Below are positions 26,396 to 32,000 of a stretch of 32,000 nt of DNA, in pieces (the stretch's first letter is position 1; each line of letters opens with the position of its first letter). Both the position numbers and the translations under genes were made by a program. This DNA is from Halomicrobium mukohataei DSM 12286. Lineage in GTDB: Archaea; Halobacteriota; Halobacteria; Halobacteriales; Haloarculaceae. The stretch spans positions 1,950,001 through 1,982,000 of the forward strand of contig NC_013202.1 of the NCBI RefSeq assembly GCF_000023965.1, read 5' to 3'. Below the pieces are notes generated by a model. It was not told the origin of the DNA and did not search any database. It saw only the letters and a list, made by a program, of their open reading frames with translations.

Positions 26396-26449
26396 CCTGG
26401 TCATTGGCTCGAAAGGCCAATATGATTGGCCGGACTACACCAAGCGAGC
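26375..26449 (-). tRNA. tRNA-Glu (anticodon UUC), 75 nt, no encoded CCA
   Basis: The reverse complement folds as GCTCGCT-TG-GTGT-AGTCCGGCCAA-TCAT-A-TTGGC-CTTTCGA-GCCAA-TGAC-CAGGG-TTCAAAT-CCCTG-AGCGAGC-A. It has a 7-bp acceptor stem, U8, A14, G18G19, U33, and a canonical T loop. Confidence 0.93.
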
Positions 26450-26477
26450 GGCGCATGTAGGGAGATAGGCTCGTGGT

Positions 26478-26486
26478 ATTTAAAAT
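26478..26486 (-). promoter_or_regulatory. TATA-like box (TTTTAAATA on the minus strand) for tRNA-Glu
   Basis: Centred about 33 nt upstream of the mature tRNA 5' end (26449). Confidence 0.45.
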
Positions 26487-26515
26487 CGTCTTTCTGCAGG
26501 CAGTTTGCGAACCAC

Positions 26516-27640
26516 TCACTCGAATTCGACGCCGGAGACGGTGACTCGGAGGCCCCCGCTCTCGCTCTCGGACAGCGAGAGCTGCCAGCCGTGGGCCGTA
26601 ACGATCTGCTCGACGATCGTGAGGCCGTAGCCGGTGCCGTGTTCGGTCGTCGTGTACCCGTACTCCAGTACGTCGCCGCGCTCGCTGGGCTCGATTCCGG
26701 GGCCGTCGTCGGCGACGACCAGGCCGTCTTCGGTCCGGTCGACGGTGACGGTCACGCCGGGACCTGCGTGACTGGCGGCGTTCTCGAAGAGGTTCTCGAA
26801 CACCTCCAGCAGCCGGTTCTCGTCGGAGAGCACCGTCCCGAGGTCGTCGCTGGCCGAGAGCGTGCCGTCCTCCGGTCCGGCGGTCGTCCAGGCTCGGTGG
26901 ACGATCCGTTCGACGTCGACGGGCTCGGGTTCCGTGATCCGATTGCCGTCCCGAGCCAGCGTCAACACGTCCTCGATGAGCGCTTCGATCCGTTCGAGGG
27001 ACTGCTCGATGTGGTCGAGGTGGGCCGTATCGTCGGTCTCGCGGGCCAACTGGAGCCGTCCCATGGCGACGTTCAGCGGATTGCGGAGGTCGTGGCTGAC
27101 GACGCTGGCGAACTGTTCGAGTCGCTCGTCCTGCCGCCGGAGCTTCTCCCAGCCCTCGACGCGTTCGCTGATGTCTGCGATCGTCCCGACGTTGTACCGG
27201 GTCCCGTCGACCTCGATGGCCGTCGTGTGTGTCTCGACGGGGACCTCGGTGCCGTCGAAGCGGCTGTGTCTCGCCTCGCGCTGTCGCGTCTCTCCGAGAT
27301 CGAACGACTCCCAGTACTCCTCGAATCGCGCTCTGTCGATCGCCGGGTTCACCTCCCACAACCCCGTCCCGTGTAGCGACTCGCGATCGGTGCCCAGCAG
27401 ATCGGCGTACGCCTGGTTCACGTAGGCGAATCGTCCGTCCGCCCCGTAGACGCCGACTGCGACGCCGACGCGCTCCACGACGGCGTTGAAAAACCCCGGC
27501 TCGAAGCCGCCGTCGGTCCGTACGTCCGCCCTCGATCGCTGGTCCGCGACACCTCGTCGCCGGCCGTCGCTGGCAGGCTCGCTCTGTGCACCGTCCCGGT
27601 CGCCGTGTCTGCTGTGTTCCCCCGTCATGTTCGCACCCAC
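26516..27640 (-). CDS. Soluble sensor histidine kinase (PAS domain plus HisKA plus HATPase_c)
   Basis: 374 aa (GTG 27640; alternative ATG 27628). PAS-like ..FFNAVVERVGVAVGVYGADGRFAYVNQAYADLLG.., H-box FASVVSHDLRNPLN, N box ENLFENA, G boxes DDGPGI and GTGYGL. No TM segment, and no adjacent response regulator. Confidence 0.88.
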   Translation of the reverse strand: MGANMTGEHSRHGDRDGAQSEPASDGRRRGVADQRSRADVRTDGGFEPGFFNAVVERVGVAVGVYGADGRFAYVNQAYADLLGTDRESLHGTGLWEVNPAIDRARFEEYWESFDLGETRQREARHSRFDGTEVPVETHTTAIEVDGTRYNVGTIADISERVEGWEKLRRQDERLEQFASVVSHDLRNPLNVAMGRLQLARETDDTAHLDHIEQSLERIEALIEDVLTLARDGNRITEPEPVDVERIVHRAWTTAGPEDGTLSASDDLGTVLSDENRLLEVFENLFENAASHAGPGVTVTVDRTEDGLVVADDGPGIEPSERGDVLEYGYTTTEHGTGYGLTIVEQIVTAHGWQLSLSESESGGLRVTVSGVEFE

Positions 27641-27807
27641 AGCGCGTACCTGACGCTGATACTCCCTCTTCTGAGCCCAGCATCAAAAACCCCTCCCGTG
27701 GTAGCACGACACATCCACCACTGGACGGCGGCTCGATCGCTGCCGTTCAGGCGGCTCCGCCACCCGACCGGCGGGGTGGGGATCGATCGCCCACGGTGGT
27801 CGACGGC

Positions 27808-29772
27808 CTACTTGCCCTGGAAGTCCGGGTCGCCGTCACCCATGAACGCCGTGATGCCCTCCATCACGTCGTCGGTGCCGATGAGGTGGCCGAAGGCCTG
27901 GGCCTCGACCTCCAGTCCGGCGTCGGTGTCGTCGCGCCCGGCCAGCATCGCCTTCTTGGTCAGCTCCTGGGCGACGGGCGGTCCGGCGGCCAGGTCGGCG
28001 GCCAGTTCGAGCGCCCGCTCGTCGATCTCGTCGTTGGGGACGACCTCGTTGACGAAGCCGTAGTCGGCCATCTCTTCGGCGTCGTAGCGCTCGGCCGTGA
28101 AGATGATCTCCTTGGCGCGGCCCTCGCCGACGATGTTGCTCAGGCGCTGGGTGCCGCCCCAGCCGGGCAGCAGGCCGAGGTCGTGTTCGGGCTGGCCGAG
28201 TTCGGAGCGCTCGCTGGCGACGCGCATGTCCGCACAGGTGGCCAGTTCCATCCCACCGCCCAGCGCGTAGCCGTCGATGCCGGCCACGACCGGCATCGGA
28301 CAGGATTCGAGCTTGCCGAACGTCTGCTGGCCTTTCCGGGAGAGCTCGATCGCTTCCAGCGGCGTCGCGTTGCTCGCCATCGACTGTACGTCCGCGCCCG
28401 CAGAGAAGGCCCGATCGCCCGCGCCGGTCAGCAGGATCGCCCGCACCTCGTCGTCCTCGCTGAGGTGATCGACGGCGTCGGCGATCTCGTCCATCATGTC
28501 CGGACTGACCGTGTTCATTCGGTGTGGGCGATCGAGTTCGATCTGTGCGACGTACTCCTCGGGGTAGGACAGCGAAATCGATTCGTAGTCGGTCGACTCC
28601 GCTTCCTCGTCGTCGTAGAAGCCACCCTCCCGAGCGGCCGCTTCGAGGCCCGCCGAGAGTTCGTAGCGGGCTGCACCGGTCTCCTCGCGGGCCGTTTCGA
28701 GCGCGTCGACGAGCGCCTCCAGCCCTGCCTCGTCTGCGAGCTTCGCCGGCCCGTCCGGGAAGCCGCCGCCGAGCATCACGGCCTCGTCGATGTCGCCGAC
28801 GGGCGCGACGTCGTTTTCGACCAGTTTCCCGACCTCGTTGGCCATCACGGCCAGTAGACGGTGTTCGACGTCCTCGCGGCCGGCGTCCGTCGGGATGTCG
28901 ACGCCGCCGTTCTCGTAGTCGTAGAACCCTTCGCCGGACTTCTTGCCGAGCCGCTCGTCTTCGACCGCCTCTTCGAGCAGCGGACACGGTGCGTACTGCT
29001 CACCGAGCACCTCGTGCATGTATTCGAGGACGTGCAGGCCCACGTCGTTGCCGACCTGGTCCGAGAGCTCGAACGAACCCATCGGCAGGCCCATGTCGAA
29101 CTTCGTCGTCGAGTCGACCTCGGCGATCGTCGCCACGTCGTCGTGGACGAGCCAGCAGGCCTCGTTCATCAGTGGCACGAGGATGCGGTTGACGATGAAT
29201 CCGGGAGAGTCCTTGCGGACGCGAACGGGGGTCTTGTCGAAGGCTTCGGCGAGCGCTTCGATCGCGTCGAGCGTCTCGTCGTCGCTGTGTTCCCCCGAGA
29301 TGACTTCGACGAGGGGCATCCGAACCGGGGGATTGAAAAAGTGCATCCCGCAGAACTGCCCTGGACGCTCCGTGACTTCGGACAGCTCCGTGATCGAGAG
29401 GCTCGACGTGTTCGTCGCGAAGATCGCGTCCTCGGGGGCGTAGGCTTCCACGTCGCCGTAGACGTCTTTCTTGATCTCCATTTTCTCCGGGACGGCCTCG
29501 ATGACCACGTCGGCGTCGCCGACGGCCGCCTCCATGTCGACCAGCGGTGTCACGCGTTCCAGGGCCGCGTCGGCTTCGTCCTGACTGAGCTGTTCTTTTT
29601 CCGCGAGTTTGTCGAGGGACCACTCGATGTTGTCGTACCCGTCCTGGACGAACTCCTCTTTGATGTCGCGCATCTGCACGTCGTAGCCTGCGATGGCGGC
29701 GACCTCGGCGATTCCGTGACCCATATTTCCTGCGCCAAGCACCGCCACAGTCTCAATGTCCTCAAAATCCAT
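27808..29772 (-). CDS. Fused 3-hydroxyacyl-CoA dehydrogenase (N-terminal) / enoyl-CoA hydratase (C-terminal)
   Basis: The ORF extends to 29856; ATG 29772 (MDFEDIETVAVLGAGNMGHGIA..) is preferred. The NAD-binding Rossmann motif is followed by FCGMHFFNPP. The C-terminal crotonase fold has LTGAGDRAFSAGADV and GYALGGGMELA. Confidence 0.92.
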   Translation of the reverse strand: MDFEDIETVAVLGAGNMGHGIAEVAAIAGYDVQMRDIKEEFVQDGYDNIEWSLDKLAEKEQLSQDEADAALERVTPLVDMEAAVGDADVVIEAVPEKMEIKKDVYGDVEAYAPEDAIFATNTSSLSITELSEVTERPGQFCGMHFFNPPVRMPLVEVISGEHSDDETLDAIEALAEAFDKTPVRVRKDSPGFIVNRILVPLMNEACWLVHDDVATIAEVDSTTKFDMGLPMGSFELSDQVGNDVGLHVLEYMHEVLGEQYAPCPLLEEAVEDERLGKKSGEGFYDYENGGVDIPTDAGREDVEHRLLAVMANEVGKLVENDVAPVGDIDEAVMLGGGFPDGPAKLADEAGLEALVDALETAREETGAARYELSAGLEAAAREGGFYDDEEAESTDYESISLSYPEEYVAQIELDRPHRMNTVSPDMMDEIADAVDHLSEDDEVRAILLTGAGDRAFSAGADVQSMASNATPLEAIELSRKGQQTFGKLESCPMPVVAGIDGYALGGGMELATCADMRVASERSELGQPEHDLGLLPGWGGTQRLSNIVGEGRAKEIIFTAERYDAEEMADYGFVNEVVPNDEIDERALELAADLAAGPPVAQELTKKAMLAGRDDTDAGLEVEAQAFGHLIGTDDVMEGITAFMGDGDPDFQGK

Positions 29773-29885
29773 GACAGGCGTATTCACTCTCGCCCAGGGT
29801 TTCAACGTTTCTCTCGCACAACAACCACGTTGCCGTTTATTTCTGTACAAAATCATTATCCGTGATACCGTTTAACACTGATAAT

Positions 29886-31043
29886 ATGGACTTCGACCTC
29901 ACAGACGAGCAACGCCAGGTCCGAGACGAGGTGCGACGGTTCGCGGAAAACGAGATCAAACCCGACGCGACCGAGTACGACACCGAGGAGAAGTATCCCC
30001 GTGAGATCGTCGAGCAGGCGGCCGAGATCGGACTCACGGGCGCGAACATTCCCGTCGAGTACGGCGGGGTCGGCTACGACACGCTGACCAACGCGATCAT
30101 CGCCGAAGAGCTGTTCGCGGCCGATCCCGGCATCGGACTCTGCATCCAGTCGACCGCCTTCGGGGCGGACGCTCTCGTCGGCTTCGGGACGGAGGAACAG
30201 AAAGAGGCGTTCCTCGAACCGGTCGCGACTGGCGACGCGATCATGGGTGCGGCGATCTCCGAACCCGACGTGGGGTCGGACGTGTCTTCGGTGTCGACGC
30301 GGGCGGAGAAAGACGGCGACGAGTGGGTGATCAACGGCAACAAAATGTGGATTACTAACGGTTCGATCGGAGACTACTTCGTCGTACTCTGTAAAACAGA
30401 TCCGGAGGCGGAGGGCCGGTACAACGGCTTCTCCCAGATCGTCGTCGAGGCCGATCGCGACGGATTCGAAGCCGACAAGATCACCGGCAAGCTCGGCATC
30501 CGCGCGTCGGACACCGCCGAGTTGATCCTCGACGACGTGCGCGTCCCCGAGGAGAACCTCGTCGGGACCCGCGGCGCGGGCTTCCTCCAGCTCATGCAGT
30601 TCTTCGACGAGACCCGGACGGGCGTCGCCGCACAGGCCGTCGGGATCGCGAAGGGAGCCGCCGAGCGTGCGCTCGACTACGCCGAGGACCGCGAGCAGTT
30701 CTCCAAACCGATCAGCGAGTTCCAGGCGATCCAGCACAAGCTCTCCGAGATGCACACGCAGGTCGAAGCCGCCCGGATGCTCACATACAAGTCCGCCTGG
30801 AGCGTCGACAACGAGGACGACCAGCTGACGATGCTGGCCTCGATGGCCAAGGAGTTCGCCTCGCGCGTCGCCGTCGAAGTCGCCGACGAGGCCGTCCAGA
30901 TCCACGGTGGTGCCGGCTACGTCAACGACTTCGACGTCGAGCGGTTCTACCGCGACGCCAAGATCACCCAGATCTACGAGGGGACCAGCGAGATCCAGAA
31001 GAACATCATCGCACGCGAGCTGCTCGGCAAAGGGATGACCTAA
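29886..31043 (+). CDS. Acyl-CoA dehydrogenase
   Basis: ORF 29862-31043; ATG 29886 ([16 protein letters not shown]..). Contains [27 protein letters not shown], and [10 protein letters not shown]. Confidence 0.93.
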   Translation: MDFDLTDEQRQVRDEVRRFAENEIKPDATEYDTEEKYPREIVEQAAEIGLTGANIPVEYGGVGYDTLTNAIIAEELFAADPGIGLCIQSTAFGADALVGFGTEEQKEAFLEPVATGDAIMGAAISEPDVGSDVSSVSTRAEKDGDEWVINGNKMWITNGSIGDYFVVLCKTDPEAEGRYNGFSQIVVEADRDGFEADKITGKLGIRASDTAELILDDVRVPEENLVGTRGAGFLQLMQFFDETRTGVAAQAVGIAKGAAERALDYAEDREQFSKPISEFQAIQHKLSEMHTQVEAARMLTYKSAWSVDNEDDQLTMLASMAKEFASRVAVEVADEAVQIHGGAGYVNDFDVERFYRDAKITQIYEGTSEIQKNIIARELLGKGMT

Positions 31044-31429
31044 ACCGCGACGCGCAGCGCTTCGTCGAGGCTGTCGACCGTCTCGATGTCGACGCCGGGG
31101 ATCTCGCCGATCTTGCTCTTGAGCGCCATCTTCTTGATGTCGTCCGAGACGATAATCCAGTTCGTGATCCCGTACTCGGTGCCGGCCTCCGCGGCCTCCT
31201 GTGCCTTCTCGAAGACCTCCCCGTTGAGTGCGGACTCCATTTTCAGGACCGAGACGTGCGTGTCGATGGCGGGATCGGTCGCCAGCTCTTCGAACCGCTC
31301 GTTGACGGCCGCAAAGACTTCTTCTCTCGTTTCGATGTCGACACCGAACTCGGCTATCAGCGCGTTCTCCTCTACGTACAGGCTCCAGTCGTCTGTCGTC
31401 ACGCCCACCGCTCCGTGCCCGCTGAACAT
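31040..31429 (-). CDS. Conserved acidic hypothetical protein (129 aa)
   Basis: The ORF extends to 31684, but that N-terminal part is Arg/Ser-rich. ATG 31429 ([29 protein letters not shown]..) gives a typical acidic halophilic protein. Its stop overlaps the acyl-CoA dehydrogenase stop by 4 nt. Confidence 0.6.
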   Translation of the reverse strand: MFSGHGAVGVTTDDWSLYVEENALIAEFGVDIETREEVFAAVNERFEELATDPAIDTHVSVLKMESALNGEVFEKAQEAAEAGTEYGITNWIIVSDDIKKMALKSKIGEIPGVDIETVDSLDEALRVAV

Positions 31430-31526
31430 AACTGCCACCCTCTGATTATCACCAGCGATACTTCTCCCGTCCTCGCTCCGACACTCGACCGCAACGTTCT
31501 CGACGCTCTCGTCCCATCGTCCGTCC

Positions 31527-32000
31527 GTGAGCGATCCCCACGACCGACTCCGCGAGGATCCCGACTTGGGACCCCTCGTCGAGACCCACGGCGAACTGAC
31601 GATCTCGCCGGCCGAAGACCTCTTCGCGCGAATTCTGACCTCGATCGTCCGCCAGCAGGTGTCGATGGCGTCGGCGGCCGCCACCCGCGAGCGACTGTTC
31701 GACGCCGTCGAGGTGACGCCGTCGGGCGTTCTGGCGGCCGACGACGACGTGCTGCGTGACGCCGGCCTCTCTCGACAGAAGACTCGCTACGTCAACAACG
31801 TCGCGAGCGCCTTCGAGGAACGCGGACTCTCACGGACGTACTTCGAGGACATGGACGACGACGCTGTCGTCGACGAACTCACGTCGATCACCGGCGTCGG
31901 AGAGTGGACGGCGAACATGCAGCTCGTCTTCTCGCTGGGCCGCGAAGACGTGTTCCCCGTCGGCGACCTCGGCATCCGGACGGGCATGGCGTCGCTCGTC
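31527..32000 (+). CDS. HhH-GPD superfamily DNA glycosylase (AlkA / 3-methyladenine glycosylase II-like); the 3' end lies outside the window
   Basis: Not in the ORF track because there is no stop in the window. The frame is open from 31446, and the first start codon is GTG 31527. (M)SDPHDRLREDPDLGPLVETHGELTISPAEDLFARILTSIVRQQVSMASAAATRERLF..LSRQKTRYV..ELTSITGVGEWTANMQLVFSLGREDVFPVGDLGIR. Confidence 0.75.
   Translation, partial: MSDPHDRLREDPDLGPLVETHGELTISPAEDLFARILTSIVRQQVSMASAAATRERLFDAVEVTPSGVLAADDDVLRDAGLSRQKTRYVNNVASAFEERGLSRTYFEDMDDDAVVDELTSITGVGEWTANMQLVFSLGREDVFPVGDLGIRTGMASLV

Noticed and set aside
24860-26425. 521-aa + strand ORF running antisense to the GlmU-like gene and through the tRNA-Glu repeat region.
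   Set aside because: It is antisense to a well-supported gene and reads through a tRNA gene. It has low-complexity Arg/Asp/Gly/Val composition.
27586-30905. Antisense ORFs 27586-28857 (+), 28861-29865 (+), 27836-28987 (-), 29856-30905 (-).
   Set aside because: They are shadows of the dehydrogenase/hydratase fusion and the acyl-CoA dehydrogenase genes.

Overview
Chromosomal segment of a haloarchaeon (class Halobacteria): about 65-70% GC in genes, strongly acidic proteins, mostly leaderless genes with a TATA-like box about 27 nt upstream of the start. It holds one complete rRNA operon on the + strand (16S 4831-6302, ITS, 23S about 6679-9588, 5S about 9699-9822) with up to three upstream TTATAT promoter boxes, long processing stems around 16S and 23S, and a hairpin plus T6 terminator. 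The operon has no intact spacer tRNA-Ala and no distal tRNA-Cys. Instead the ITS carries a tRNA-Ala-like relic without an anticodon loop, and a tRNA-like minihelix abuts the 5S 5' end. Left of the operon: the 3' end of a Wzx-type flippase gene, a 750-bp gene-free gap, and an SMC/Rad50-like coiled-coil protein with a central CxxC hook and non-canonical ATPase motifs, convergent with a Cys4 protein (possible Sph3/RdfA-type cell-shape pair). Right of the operon are mostly housekeeping genes: BolA plus monothiol glutaredoxin, aCPSF1/FttA, an HxlR-threonine aldolase operon, a small wHTH regulator, an ACS-family ligase, a CBS protein, a ROK kinase, a membrane-anchored protein with five tandem DUF1508/YegP domains, a wHTH regulator, a small CxxC protein, and a secreted ASST-like beta-propeller. 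These are followed by a low-GC islet with an AAA+ ATPase/DUF234 (PD-ExK-like) gene, a zinc-finger micro-protein, a GlmU-like enzyme and tRNA-Glu(UUC). The tRNA's 3' end plus trailer is duplicated 113 bp away. The window ends with a PAS histidine kinase, a divergent beta-oxidation pair, a small conserved protein, and the 5' part of an HhH-GPD glycosylase gene. I see no CRISPR array, transposase, integrase or clear multi-gene defence locus. The most unusual items are the tRNA relics in the rRNA operon, the tRNA-Glu partial duplication, the low-GC ATPase-nuclease islet, the 5x DUF1508 membrane protein and the SMC-like/Cys4 pair. All functional calls come from reading motifs by eye, with no database search.
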